A stretch of DNA of 40,000 bases from Candidatus Peregrinibacteria bacterium CG10_big_fil_rev_8_21_14_0_10_36_19 (GCA_002772535.1 PFDP01000011.1:2401-42400), one strand, 5' to 3'. Shown: positions 18,022-27,644, numbered from the stretch's first letter. Notes: a model not told the origin generated them from the sequence alone. Translations and numbers: made by a program.

Positions 18022-18519
18022 TTATTCTTCTGTTTTTTTAGCTTTTGGAGCTTGTTTTTTTACAGGCTCACGTTTTTCGCTAACAGTAACACTTCCTTTT
18101 TTAGCTTCAACTTTCTCTACAGCTTTTGTAGAAGCAGAATCAACTATAATAGTTAGTTTTTTCTCGATTTCACCTTGTGAAAGAAGTTTTACTGGTTTAG
18201 TTTTTTTAGAAACTAGATTTTTTTCCAGTAGTGCTTTTAGATCAACTGTTGCACCTTCTTCAAAGATATTGAGTGCACCAACATTTACTACTTGAAATTC
18301 AACATGATTTGGGTTTTTGAATCCTTTTAGTTTAGGCATCTTTCTTAGGTATGGAGTTTGTCCTCCTTCGAAACCAGGACGTCTTCTACCTCCTGCACGA
18401 GCTGATTGACCTTTCATACCACGACAACTGAATGTACCGTGACCTGATCCATTACCACGTCCAACACGTTTTGCTTGTTTTCTACCGTTTTTTGATTTTA
18501 ATTCTAGTAATTGTGACAT
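18022..18519 (-). CDS. rplO: 50S ribosomal protein L15
   Basis: It has the RVGRGNGSGHGTFSCRGMKGQ motif and a basic C-terminal extension. Confidence 0.95.
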   Translation of the reverse strand: MSQLLELKSKNGRKQAKRVGRGNGSGHGTFSCRGMKGQSARAGGRRRPGFEGGQTPYLRKMPKLKGFKNPNHVEFQVVNVGALNIFEEGATVDLKALLEKNLVSKKTKPVKLLSQGEIEKKLTIIVDSASTKAVEKVEAKKGSVTVSEKREPVKKQAPKAKKTEE

Positions 18520-18543
18520 GATATTTAGTTAGATTCTTCTTAA

Positions 18544-19134
18544 TTATTTAGTAGTTTTTTTTGCTACTGGCTTTTTTGGAGCCTTTGCTTCTTCAGCTTT
18601 TTTTGGAGCTGCAGGTGTAGCTTTTACTTCATTTTTCTTTTTAGCCTTTGCCACCATTCTTGGTGTTTCTCTTAGTCTTTTTAGAGCTTCGAATGTTGCT
18701 TTAGTATTATTTACTTTGTTTGTTGTTCCGTATGATTTACTTAAAATATCTTTTACACCAGCTAATTCAAGTACTTTACGTATTGTTCCTCCAGCGATAA
18801 TACCTGTACCAGGCGCTGCTGGCATAAGGAAAATGTTTGAAGATTTTAGCTTAATTTTAATGTCGTGGGGGATAGTAGAACCGTCTAGTATAACTGTTGC
18901 CATGTCTTTTTTAGCTTTTGCTATTCCTTTTTGGATAGCTCCTGTTACTTCGTGTGATTTACCAATTCCAATACCAACTTTACCTTTTTTGTTACCAATC
19001 GCTACTGTTGCACGGAATCTTAGTCTTCTACCACCTTTTACTACTTTAGTAACTCGGTCGATTTGAATAACTTGTTCGTCGAATTCTTTTACTTCTTTTT
19101 TAAATCCTCCTTTTGAGTGTGCTGGTTTTGACAT
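18544..19134 (-). CDS. rpsE: 30S ribosomal protein S5
   Basis: It has the VVKGGRRLRFRATVAIGN motif. About 35 residues at the C-terminus form a Lys/Ala/Pro-rich tail. It is followed directly by rplO with no rpmD. Confidence 0.95.
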   Translation of the reverse strand: MSKPAHSKGGFKKEVKEFDEQVIQIDRVTKVVKGGRRLRFRATVAIGNKKGKVGIGIGKSHEVTGAIQKGIAKAKKDMATVILDGSTIPHDIKIKLKSSNIFLMPAAPGTGIIAGGTIRKVLELAGVKDILSKSYGTTNKVNNTKATFEALKRLRETPRMVAKAKKKNEVKATPAAPKKAEEAKAPKKPVAKKTTK

Positions 19135-19149
19135 GAATATTTTAAGTTA

Positions 19150-19494
19150 TTAGAATTTAAGTCCGCCTTCTCGTGCGCCCTCTGCTAGAGCTTTCACGCG
19201 ACCGTGATATTTGTAGCCGTTTCTATCGAATACAACTTCTGTAATTTTTAGCTCTTGTGCTTTTTTTGCTATCTCAGTTCCAACCACTTTTGCTTTTTCA
19301 ACCTTAGTTCCAGTTTTAGCTTTCATATCTGAACAGCTAACTAGTACTTTTCCAGTAGTATCGTCAACAACTTGTGCATAGTTATTTGCTAAGCTGCGGA
19401 ATACAACTAGTCTTGGTTTTGCTTGAGTACCGCTAATTTTAGCGCGTATTCTGTGGTGTCTTCTTTTTCTTAATTCTTCTTTTTTAGTTGGCAT
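19150..19494 (-). CDS. rplR: 50S ribosomal protein L18
   Basis: 114 aa with [15 protein letters not shown] and [26 protein letters not shown] motifs. Confidence 0.95.
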   Translation of the reverse strand: MPTKKEELRKRRHHRIRAKISGTQAKPRLVVFRSLANNYAQVVDDTTGKVLVSCSDMKAKTGTKVEKAKVVGTEIAKKAQELKITEVVFDRNGYKYHGRVKALAEGAREGGLKF

Positions 19495-19513
19495 GATTTT
19501 AAGTTATTTGTGA

Positions 19514-20059
19514 TTATTTACCAGCTGACTTACCTGCTTTTCTGGCAACTATTTCATCTGCGTATTTAATACCTTTTCCTTTGTATGGTTCAGGTTTTTT
19601 GTATCCTCTCACTTTTGCGGCTTCTTCTCCAACCTTTTGTTTATCTATACCTCTTACGATAATTACATTTTTTTGATCTGGGTGCATTTCAAACTCTACT
19701 CCATCTACAGCTTTGTGTTCAATTGGGTGTGAAAAACCAAGACTTAATGTAATGGTTTGTTTTGCTGCAGTAGCTCTGTAACCAACTCCGATGATTTCTA
19801 GTTTCTTTTCAAATCCTTTAGAAACTCCTTCAACCATTCCGTTGATAAGACTTCTTGTAAGTCCGTGAAGTGCACGGCATTCTTTAGAATCATCTTCACG
19901 ATTTACGATAATTTCGTTTTCAACATGAGAGATGCTTACTTTAGGGTGAAAAGATTTAGTTAGTTCACCTTTAGGACCTTTAACGGTTAAAGTATTTCCT
20001 TCGATTTTTACTTCTACCCCGTTTGGTACTACAACTGGTTGTTTTCCGATTCGTGACAT
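19514..20059 (-). CDS. rplF: 50S ribosomal protein L6
   Basis: 181 aa with an MSRIGKQPV N-terminus and a duplicated L6 fold pattern. Confidence 0.95.
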   Translation of the reverse strand: MSRIGKQPVVVPNGVEVKIEGNTLTVKGPKGELTKSFHPKVSISHVENEIIVNREDDSKECRALHGLTRSLINGMVEGVSKGFEKKLEIIGVGYRATAAKQTITLSLGFSHPIEHKAVDGVEFEMHPDQKNVIIVRGIDKQKVGEEAAKVRGYKKPEPYKGKGIKYADEIVARKAGKSAGK

Positions 20060-20069
20060 TTTAATTTAT

Positions 20070-20453
20070 TTAGAATATTTCACATATTACTTCGCCCCCA
20101 AGCTTTTGTTTTTTAGCATCATAGTTACACATGATACCTTTTGGTGTGGAAAGGATTCTAAATCCTAGACCACTTTTTATAGATTTTAGTTCATCTGATT
20201 TAACATAGATTCTTTGACCAGGCTTACTTACTCTTTTTAGAGTAACATCAGATCTGTCTTCTTTTAACACTACTTCGATGATTTTGAATGATTCTCCTTT
20301 TTCAATTTTGAAGTCTTCAATTACACCTTTAGATTTCATCACTTTTAGGATGTTCTCTTTTATAGTTGAGTAAGGAACAGTCACAGTTTGGTGATGTGCT
20401 CTTGATGCGTTTCTAATTCTTGTTAGCAAGTCTGCTATTGGGTCTGTGTGCAT
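20070..20453 (-). CDS. rpsH: 30S ribosomal protein S8
   Basis: 127 aa with DPIADLLTRIRNA and GGEVICEIF termini. Confidence 0.95.
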   Translation of the reverse strand: MHTDPIADLLTRIRNASRAHHQTVTVPYSTIKENILKVMKSKGVIEDFKIEKGESFKIIEVVLKEDRSDVTLKRVSKPGQRIYVKSDELKSIKSGLGFRILSTPKGIMCNYDAKKQKLGGEVICEIF

Positions 20454-20471
20454 TTTAGTGTGTTATTATTT

Positions 20472-20696
20472 TTACCAAGATGATTTTGTAACTCCCATAA
20501 TCTTTCCTTCGCTGGCAAGTTCACGGAAACAAATTCTACAGATGGCAAATTTTCTCATATATCCGTGGATTCTACCACATTTCTCACATCTGTTATAGAC
20601 ACGAGTGGAAAGAGTTACTTTTGTACCTGCTTTGTGTTGTCTTGCAGCGCGTTCTTTTTGCCTTCTATTTTTTACGAGTAGTGCTGTTCTAGCCAT
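20472..20696 (-). CDS. rpsN: 30S ribosomal protein S14 (zinc-binding form)
   Basis: 74 aa with CEKCGR...CRICFRE (CxxC-x12-CxxC) and a C-terminal KSSW. Confidence 0.93.
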   Translation of the reverse strand: MARTALLVKNRRQKERAARQHKAGTKVTLSTRVYNRCEKCGRIHGYMRKFAICRICFRELASEGKIMGVTKSSW

Positions 20697-20708
20697 TATG
20701 ATAGTTTG

Positions 20709-21275
20709 TTACTTTGTTTTAAATGGGAATCCTAGTGATTTTAGTAGTTCATAACCTTCCTCATCATTTTTTGCTGTGGTAGTTATGCTTACTTCTACAC
20801 CGTGTAATTTCATTACATCGTCAGGACTAATTTCAGGGAATACTGTGTGTTCCTTGAATCCTACATTGTAGTTACCGTTTCCGTCGAATGACTTTGGGGA
20901 AATACCACGGAAATCTCTTACACGAGGGAATACTATATTTACTAATTTGTTGATGAAGTCATACATTCTTTGTCCTCTTAGTGTTACTGTAACACCTACT
21001 GGATTATCTTCACGAAGTTTAAAGTTTGAAATCGCTTTTTTAGCTTTTGCAACTACAGGTTTTTGACCTGTAATTTTAGCAATGTTTTCAACAACGTTGT
21101 CGAAGTCTTTACCATGAGTCTTAATATATGTACCAATACCTACATTGATTGTTACTTTTTTAAGTTTAGGCATAGCCATATCATTCTTGATTCCTAGAGT
21201 CTTCTTTAGTTCAGGAAGAATTTCAGAATTGAATCTTGTTTTTAGATCTGCTGATTGTGTAGTTGTTTTAGACAT
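20709..21275 (-). CDS. rplE: 50S ribosomal protein L5
   Basis: 188 aa with LRGQRMYDFINKL and PRVRDFRG motifs. Confidence 0.95.
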   Translation of the reverse strand: MSKTTTQSADLKTRFNSEILPELKKTLGIKNDMAMPKLKKVTINVGIGTYIKTHGKDFDNVVENIAKITGQKPVVAKAKKAISNFKLREDNPVGVTVTLRGQRMYDFINKLVNIVFPRVRDFRGISPKSFDGNGNYNVGFKEHTVFPEISPDDVMKLHGVEVSITTTAKNDEEGYELLKSLGFPFKTK

Positions 21276-21573
21276 TTTCTTTACTTAGTTTAGCTATTCT
21301 TTGTTTTTTACCTTTCTCAGTTGTTGTATAACCGATACGGGTTCTTTTTTTAGTTTTAGGATCTATAAGCATTGCGTTTGATGCAGATAGGGGAGCTTCG
21401 TACTGAATCTTCTCACCTGCTTTCTCAGCAGTCTTTTTGATATGTTTTGTACGTAGGTTAATCTTTTCTACCACAACTTTATTCTGTTTCCTAAGGATTT
21501 TTATAATTTTCCCAGTTTTGTTCTTGTCCTTGCCTGCAATGATTACGACTTCGTCGTTTAATTTGAATTTCAT
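21268..21573 (-). CDS. rplX: 50S ribosomal protein L24
   Basis: 101 aa with a KOW motif (DEVVIIAGKDKNKTGKI). Confidence 0.94.
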   Translation of the reverse strand: MKFKLNDEVVIIAGKDKNKTGKIIKILRKQNKVVVEKINLRTKHIKKTAEKAGEKIQYEAPLSASNAMLIDPKTKKRTRIGYTTTEKGKKQRIAKLSKENV

Positions 21574-21585
21574 GTTTACTTATTT

Positions 21586-21954
21586 TTATAGAACTTCTGG
21601 AGCTAGGGAAATAATTTTTTGATAACCACGATCTCTTAGTTCACGCGCTACAGGACCGAATACACGAGTTCCTTTAGGTTGTTTATCGTTGTTTACAATT
21701 ACTACTGCGTTTTCGTCGAATTTAATTGATGATCCGTCTTTTCTGTTAAACTCTTTTACTTGTCTAACCACTACAGCCTTTTCTACTGATTTTTTCTTTA
21801 CTACACCTTTTGGTCCAGCTTCTTTTACAGCTACTACGATGATATCTCCAAGACGTGCATAACGTCTCTTTGAACCTCCTAGCACTTTGATACACTGTAC
21901 AGTTTTTGCACCAGTATTATCGGCTACCTTTAACATTGTTTGTGGTTGTATCAT
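21586..21954 (-). CDS. rplN: 50S ribosomal protein L14
   Basis: 122 aa with the [18 protein letters not shown]-terminus. Confidence 0.97.
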   Translation of the reverse strand: MIQPQTMLKVADNTGAKTVQCIKVLGGSKRRYARLGDIIVVAVKEAGPKGVVKKKSVEKAVVVRQVKEFNRKDGSSIKFDENAVVIVNNDKQPKGTRVFGPVARELRDRGYQKIISLAPEVL

Positions 21955-21956
21955 GA

Positions 21957-22196
21957 TTATTTAGATTCAGGTTTTATTAATGTCCACTTTTTTAGTTTAC
22001 TAATCGGTCTTGATTCATAGATAGTGATATCTTGTCCGATTTCAAATTGAGTGTTTTCAGGATTGTGAGCATGAAATTTCTTAGAAACTCTATATCTCTT
22101 TTTATATTTAGGATGGTTTTCGTAAGTGTGTACTGTTACCACTACTGTTTTATCCTGTTTCTGACTTGTTACTATTCCTTTTTTTGATTTAATCAT
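21957..22196 (-). CDS. rpsQ: 30S ribosomal protein S17
   Basis: 79 aa with [14 protein letters not shown] and K.W.L motifs. Confidence 0.94.
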   Translation of the reverse strand: MIKSKKGIVTSQKQDKTVVVTVHTYENHPKYKKRYRVSKKFHAHNPENTQFEIGQDITIYESRPISKLKKWTLIKPESK

Positions 22197-22377
22197 TTTT
22201 TTGATTAATTAGTGTTTTAATGCGAGCAACTTGAGCTTTGTGTCTATCAATTTCGTGTGAACTCTTTGATTGACCTGACTTCACTTCAAATTTAATTTTG
22301 AATAGTGATTCTTGAGCTTTTATTAACTCAGCGTTAAGTTTGCTTTTATCTAATTGTTTTAGTTCTTCTAATGTCAT
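22189..22377 (-). CDS. rpmC: 50S ribosomal protein L29
   Basis: 62 aa helical protein in the canonical slot between rplP and rpsQ. Confidence 0.9.
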   Translation of the reverse strand: MTLEELKQLDKSKLNAELIKAQESLFKIKFEVKSGQSKSSHEIDRHKAQVARIKTLINQKND

Positions 22378-22379
22378 AT

Positions 22380-22796
22380 TTATTCGTTAATGTCAATGAA
22401 TTTACATTTTACTGGCAGTTTGTGAGCTGCAAGTCTCATAGCTTCTTTTGCGATTGAAGGGTCTACACCTTCCATTTCAAATATTACTCTTCCTGGTCTT
22501 ACTGTAGCTACAAAGTGGTCCGGAGCACCTTTACCAGATCCCATCGGTACTTCTGAAGCTTTTCTCGTAATTGGTTTGTGTGGGAAAATGTTGATCCAGA
22601 TCTTACCTCCACGTTTTACATATCTTGTCATTGCACGACGTGCAGCTTCGATTTGTCTTGAAGTGATTTCACCAGCACTTTGAGCTTTTAAACCAAATGT
22701 TCCAAAGCTAACTTTGCTTCCACGGTAATCTAGGCCTTTTAGGGCCGATCTGTCTCTAAAGACTTTCCTATATTTTTGCTTTCTTGGTTGTAACAT
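22380..22796 (-). CDS. rplP: 50S ribosomal protein L16
   Basis: 138 aa with [11 protein letters not shown] and [15 protein letters not shown] motifs. Confidence 0.96.
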   Translation of the reverse strand: MLQPRKQKYRKVFRDRSALKGLDYRGSKVSFGTFGLKAQSAGEITSRQIEAARRAMTRYVKRGGKIWINIFPHKPITRKASEVPMGSGKGAPDHFVATVRPGRVIFEMEGVDPSIAKEAMRLAAHKLPVKCKFIDINE

Positions 22797-23479
22797 TATG
22801 ATTGTTTAATTTCTTCAATTTGTTGTGCCAATTTGGCCATTAGATCTTTTTTGAATACTTCTCCTCTGTAGATCCATACTTTGATTCCAATCTTACCGTA
22901 TGGTGTTGAGGCTGCAAGCGATGCGTAGTCTATATCTGCACGGAAAGTATGTAAAGGGATCTTTCCTTTACTGAAGAATTCACCACGAGAGATTTCTACT
23001 CCGTTTAGCCTTCCTCCTAAGTAAATCTTAACTCCTCCTGCACCAGCTTCCATAATTTTTTCAATGGCCATTTTAGCTGCACGACGGTAAGAAATACGTT
23101 TTTCTACTTGTCTTGCTATAGATTCTGCAACGATATAAGCATCTAGCATTGGTTTTTTAATCTCTTTGATGTTGATTGCGAAATGTTGGTTGAATCTCTT
23201 TGATAATGAATCTTTTAATTTCTCAATTGATTCACCACCTCTACCGATAATTAATCCAGGCTTTGATGTATGTATATTTATAACAACTTTTCCTTGAGTA
23301 CGCATGATTTCAATTTTTGACATACCCTCAGCTTCTTTTAGAAGGTCTCTGATTTCTTGTTCAATTTTAAGATCTTCGTGGAATAGCTTTTTATATTGAC
23401 GTTTGTCAGCATACCATTTTGAATCCCAATCTTGCGTGATTCCTATTCTAATTACTTTTGGGTTTACCTTTTGTCCCAT
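22796..23479 (-). CDS. rpsC: 30S ribosomal protein S3
   Basis: 227 aa with MGQKVNP, a KH domain (IIGRGGESI) and GRLNG.EI.R. Confidence 0.96.
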   Translation of the reverse strand: MGQKVNPKVIRIGITQDWDSKWYADKRQYKKLFHEDLKIEQEIRDLLKEAEGMSKIEIMRTQGKVVINIHTSKPGLIIGRGGESIEKLKDSLSKRFNQHFAINIKEIKKPMLDAYIVAESIARQVEKRISYRRAAKMAIEKIMEAGAGGVKIYLGGRLNGVEISRGEFFSKGKIPLHTFRADIDYASLAASTPYGKIGIKVWIYRGEVFKKDLMAKLAQQIEEIKQS

Positions 23480-23487
23480 GATAGTTG

Positions 23488-23874
23488 TTAGTTATTTGTT
23501 GTTTCAGATGCCTCAGTTTTATCTTCGGCTTTTTTAGTTTTAGGTTGAGCTATTGCTTCTACACTTACTGTAATATGTGATGTTCTCTTTAGAATTGCGT
23601 GAGATCTTCCTTTTGATACAGCATTACCTCTCTTGTAAGTTGGACCTTCTGTTACAATAATTTCTTTAATGTATAGTCCATTCTTTTTCTGTTTGAAGTT
23701 GTTAACCGCATTTGCAGCTGCTGATTCAATCAGTTTTCTAAGAATAGGTGCTGTTCTCTTAGGAGTAAATCTTAGAATATTTACTGCATCTTCCACTTTC
23801 TTGTTACGAACTAAGTCTGCAACAAGGTTAGCTTTTTTCGGAGAAATTCTGATTTGTTTTAAGTATGCTTTCAT
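23488..23874 (-). CDS. rplV: 50S ribosomal protein L22
   Basis: 128 aa with IRISPKKANLVADLVRNK, plus a short charged C-terminal tail. Confidence 0.94.
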   Translation of the reverse strand: MKAYLKQIRISPKKANLVADLVRNKKVEDAVNILRFTPKRTAPILRKLIESAAANAVNNFKQKKNGLYIKEIIVTEGPTYKRGNAVSKGRSHAILKRTSHITVSVEAIAQPKTKKAEDKTEASETTNN

Positions 23875-23880
23875 GATTTA

Positions 23881-24150
23881 TTATTTAGCTAGTTTACCTC
23901 CGTGGCCTTTAAAGATTCTCGTAGGGGAGAATTCTCCAAGTTTATGACCAACCATATTTTCTGTTACAAACACAGGGATGAATTGCTTTCCGTTGTGAAC
24001 TGCGAAGGTGTGACCTACGAATTCTGGTGCAATACATGATTGACGCGCCCAAGTTTTAATTGGCTTTTTTTGTCCACTTTCATCGAGTCTGTCCACTTTT
24101 TTTACAAGCTTTGGATCAACGTAAGGCCCTTTTTTTGAACTTCTAGACAT
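23881..24150 (-). CDS. rpsS: 30S ribosomal protein S19
   Basis: 89 aa with [11 protein letters not shown] and [11 protein letters not shown] motifs. Confidence 0.96.
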   Translation of the reverse strand: MSRSSKKGPYVDPKLVKKVDRLDESGQKKPIKTWARQSCIAPEFVGHTFAVHNGKQFIPVFVTENMVGHKLGEFSPTRIFKGHGGKLAK

Positions 24151-24162
24151 GGTAATTAGTTA

Positions 24163-24996
24163 TTATTTTCGACGTCTATCTTTGACGATCATATTGTTAG
24201 TATATTTTCTTTTTCTAGTTTTGAATCCTAGAGCAGGTAGACCCCATGGCGTTTTTGGATGCTTCAAACCGATTGGTGATCCACCTTCTCCACCTCCGTG
24301 TGGATGGTCTACCGGGTTCATAGCTTTACCTCTAACTTGTGGTCTTTTACCCATGTGTCTCTTTCTTCCAGCTTTTCCGATTTTAATATTGCTGTGTTCG
24401 ATATTACTTACAGTTCCAATAGTTGCATAACATTTTTTACTCACTAATCTGATTTCACCTGATGGCATTTGAATTTGTGCAAGTCTTCCTTCTAGTGAAA
24501 CTAGTTTTACAGATGATCCAGCACTTCTAGCCATTTGACCACCTTTTCCTTCGTGTAGCTCTACATTGTAGATGCTATAACCAACAGGAACATTTTTGAT
24601 CAACATGCGATTACCGTCTTGTACTTCTGTTTTGGCATTTGTCATGATAACTTGTCCAACCTTTATTCCAGCCGGTGCAAGATGATATCTCTTTTCTCCA
24701 TCCACATATTGTACAAGCATAATATATGCTGTTCTATTTGGATCGTATTCTACAGCTGTTACTTTTCCTTCAATACCCATTTTATCTGTGCGTTTGAAGT
24801 CCACCATTCTGTAGATCTTTTTTGCCCCACCACCTCTGTGTCTTACAGTAATTCTTCCAAGATTATTGCGTCCAGAATTTTTTACAATACGCACTGTTAA
24901 GCTTTTCTCTGGAGTTGTTTTTGTAATCTCCTCGAATGAAGCTATGCTCATGTGTCTTCTACTCGGCGTTGTTGGTTTAAATTTCTTTAATGCCAT
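24163..24996 (-). CDS. rplB: 50S ribosomal protein L2
   Basis: 277 aa with RHRGGG and [12 protein letters not shown] motifs. Confidence 0.97.
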   Translation of the reverse strand: MALKKFKPTTPSRRHMSIASFEEITKTTPEKSLTVRIVKNSGRNNLGRITVRHRGGGAKKIYRMVDFKRTDKMGIEGKVTAVEYDPNRTAYIMLVQYVDGEKRYHLAPAGIKVGQVIMTNAKTEVQDGNRMLIKNVPVGYSIYNVELHEGKGGQMARSAGSSVKLVSLEGRLAQIQMPSGEIRLVSKKCYATIGTVSNIEHSNIKIGKAGRKRHMGKRPQVRGKAMNPVDHPHGGGEGGSPIGLKHPKTPWGLPALGFKTRKRKYTNNMIVKDRRRK

Positions 24997-24998
24997 GG

Positions 24999-25301
24999 TT
25001 ATTTTTTAGTTTCTTTTACTTTTAGTGGATCAATTGTTTTTTTAGCTTTCAATGTTACGATCGCTTTTTTTGTTACTTGTCTCTTTGTAATTTCTCTACC
25101 TCTTCCTACAAGTCTAGTTTTCTTTGGAAGGATAGAAATTGTTACCTTATCAACATCAGCTCCGTAAATTTCTTTTACAGCATTCTTGATGTCAATTTTT
25201 GTAGCATCTCTTCTCACTTCAAAGCTATATTGACCTCCATTTTGGAGCATAGAACTTTTCTCTGTAAGAATTGGTCTGATTATTGTTGAGTATGTTTTCA
25301 T
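24999..25301 (-). CDS. rplW: 50S ribosomal protein L23
   Basis: 100 aa with [10 protein letters not shown] and F.V...A.K.DIK.AVKEIYG motifs. Confidence 0.94.
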   Translation of the reverse strand: MKTYSTIIRPILTEKSSMLQNGGQYSFEVRRDATKIDIKNAVKEIYGADVDKVTISILPKKTRLVGRGREITKRQVTKKAIVTLKAKKTIDPLKVKETKK

Positions 25302-25302
25302 A

Positions 25303-25929
25303 TTATTTAGCGAAAGTTTCTTTTAGTTTATTGATAGACTCTTCAAACAATAGAATTGTTCTGTATTTTTGCAAATCATGAATGTTTAAATAGTTTGCAA
25401 GAATAGTCTTAGCGTTTGAAAGGTTAGAACTTGATTTTTGTACCACCATGTCTTTCTCAGGGATAACTACTAGAACATTTCTTGTAATAGGTAGTTTTTG
25501 AATTAGCGCTGCAAAATCTTTAGTTTTTGGAGAATCTAATTTGTACCCTTCTAATGCGATGATTTGATTTTCAGTTGCCTTTAGAGATAGTGCTGAAAGC
25601 AAAGCTTTTCTTCTTTGTTTCTTTGGCATATCTTTTTCGTAATTTCTTTCGTTTGTTGGACCAAATACTACACCACCACCTCTCATATGAGGAGCACGGA
25701 TAGTACCTTGACGCGCATTACCAGTACCTTTTTGTTTAAACGGTTTTCTTCCACCACCTCTAATTTCTCCACGAGTTTTACTGTGCGCTGTAGAAAGACG
25801 TTTGTTTGCCAATTGTCTTACTAAAGCTTGGTGAACTAAATCTTTGTTGAATGGAATTTCAAACAATTCTTTTGGTAGCTCCAATTGACCTTTCTTTTCA
25901 CCTTTCTGTGTATATAGATCTACTTTCAT
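25303..25929 (-). CDS. rplD: 50S ribosomal protein L4
   Basis: 208 aa with RGGGRKPFKQKGTGNARQG. Confidence 0.95.
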   Translation of the reverse strand: MKVDLYTQKGEKKGQLELPKELFEIPFNKDLVHQALVRQLANKRLSTAHSKTRGEIRGGGRKPFKQKGTGNARQGTIRAPHMRGGGVVFGPTNERNYEKDMPKKQRRKALLSALSLKATENQIIALEGYKLDSPKTKDFAALIQKLPITRNVLVVIPEKDMVVQKSSSNLSNAKTILANYLNIHDLQKYRTILLFEESINKLKETFAK

Positions 25930-25930
25930 G

Positions 25931-26512
25931 TTATTTAGTTCTGATAATGATTAATCCGCCATTTGGACCTGGAACTGCGCCTTTTAAAGCTATTAAGTTC
26001 TTTGATGGGTCTAGGTGGGCAATTTTTACTTTTCTTACTGTTACTTGATCAGTACCCATGTGACCTGGCATTTTTTTACCTTTAGCAACTCTACCAGGCT
26101 TCGCACAAGCACCTACTGAACCAGGTTCTCTGTGGTGATGTGAACCGTGAGATTCTGGACCACGTGAGAAATTGTGTCTCTTGATTACACCTTGGAAACC
26201 TTTACCTTTTGATATTGCAGTAATTTTTACTGTTGCTAGCTCAAGGAAGTTTTCAAGTGTTACTTTATCTCCTTTTTTGTATTCTGTGTCATTTAAAGTT
26301 CTAAATTCTCTTACATATCTAAATTTTTTCGTCTTTGTTGGCTTTTTTAATTCAGAAAAGCCCAGGACTATCGCCGGATATCCATCTTTGTCTACTGTTT
26401 TCACTTGTGTGATTTCATTTGGTGGACATTCCACAACAGTGACAGGGATCACGCGACCATCATCTTGAATCAGACGAGTCATACCTACTTTTTTTCCGAG
26501 TATTCCTGACAT
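25931..26512 (-). CDS. rplC: 50S ribosomal protein L3
   Basis: 193 aa with GILGKKVGMT and KGKGFQGVIKRHNF motifs. Confidence 0.95.
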   Translation of the reverse strand: MSGILGKKVGMTRLIQDDGRVIPVTVVECPPNEITQVKTVDKDGYPAIVLGFSELKKPTKTKKFRYVREFRTLNDTEYKKGDKVTLENFLELATVKITAISKGKGFQGVIKRHNFSRGPESHGSHHHREPGSVGACAKPGRVAKGKKMPGHMGTDQVTVRKVKIAHLDPSKNLIALKGAVPGPNGGLIIIRTK

Positions 26513-26608
26513 AATAATATTTTTTGGTTGATTGGTTATACGTATCTGGGTTGATTTCTCGGCGAAACCTCACCAGCTTTGATAACATGCATGTCAAAAT
26601 GCCGTTAG

Positions 26609-26637
26609 AATATACAGATCGAGAGTTGGGTAGTCAA
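26609..26637 (-). promoter_or_regulatory. Candidate sigma70-type promoter for the rplC-led ribosomal block
   Basis: The minus strand reads TTGACT (26637-26632), a 17-nt spacer, then TATATT (26614-26609). This would give a leader of about 90 nt before the rplC ATG. Confidence 0.5.
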
Positions 26638-26652
26638 TAGAAAATGATCTTT

Positions 26653-27603
26653 TTATACTAAACCGAAAGTCTTTCCAATAAAAGCGGCATACAAAAGCAC
26701 TAAAGTGAAGCCTTCCCATTGAGAAATTTGCTTATCCATGGTAGTGAAAATGAATAAGATGGTTGTTAATGTGAGCATTGGTATAGTGAATGTGATCATT
26801 TGTTCTGGAATTTCTAATGTGTGTATAAGCGCTGGTATGCTGGTTACGGCTAGTGCATTAAAAATGTTAGATCCAAGTACATTTCCTACTGCAATATCTG
26901 CTTTTCCTTTTTTTGCTGCACTAACTGATACTATTAGTTCTGGCAGGGAAGTTCCAAGTGCAATTGCTGATACGGCGATGATTTCTGTAGCGATGTTGAA
27001 TATCTTTGACAATTCAATAACAGACATGATTGTAAAATCCGCAGAAAAATAAAGTAGTATACCTGATGCTATTAGAATTGCTGGTTCTTTGAGGCTTAAT
27101 TTTTCTTTTTTTAGCTCTTCAATATTTTTTGCTATTGGTTTTTCTATTTGTCTATGAGATTTAATGTTGTATACGATGTAGGTAATCAAGGCTAATAGGG
27201 GAATTATTGATTCTAGGGCTCCAATTTTCCCATCTAGTGTCATTATGTATAGGAGGATTGTTGATCCTAGCACTAATGGTAGATCTATATTTATTATGTC
27301 TTTATTGATTTTGATGGTTTTTCCTGCGATTGCTGCTGCTCCTAGTACTAAAAGAATATTTGCAATATTTGATCCTACTACGTTTCCTATTACGATTTCT
27401 GAATGGTTTTGAAGTACTGATGAAATTGATGTTACGATTTCTGGTAGGGAAGTGCCGAATGCTACTATGGTTACTCCAATTACAAATGGGGACATTTTAA
27501 AATGAAGTCCCACTTTTTCTGCGGCGTTTGTAAAGTAGTCTGCTGATTTTAGCACTACTACTAGTGAAATGATAAATAGTGCTGACCATTGAAGTATGTC
27601 CAT
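26653..27603 (-). CDS. CaCA-family Ca2+/cation antiporter (YrbG/NCX-like)
   Basis: 316 aa polytopic membrane protein. It has two alpha-repeat signatures, GTSLPEIVTSI and GTSLPELIVSV, each followed by GNV(V/L)GSNI(A/F)N. Confidence 0.85.
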   Translation of the reverse strand: MDILQWSALFIISLVVVLKSADYFTNAAEKVGLHFKMSPFVIGVTIVAFGTSLPEIVTSISSVLQNHSEIVIGNVVGSNIANILLVLGAAAIAGKTIKINKDIINIDLPLVLGSTILLYIMTLDGKIGALESIIPLLALITYIVYNIKSHRQIEKPIAKNIEELKKEKLSLKEPAILIASGILLYFSADFTIMSVIELSKIFNIATEIIAVSAIALGTSLPELIVSVSAAKKGKADIAVGNVLGSNIFNALAVTSIPALIHTLEIPEQMITFTIPMLTLTTILFIFTTMDKQISQWEGFTLVLLYAAFIGKTFGLV

Positions 27604-27644
27604 TTTTGAATGAGTTAAGGTGTGGCTAGATTAACATGAGGTAT

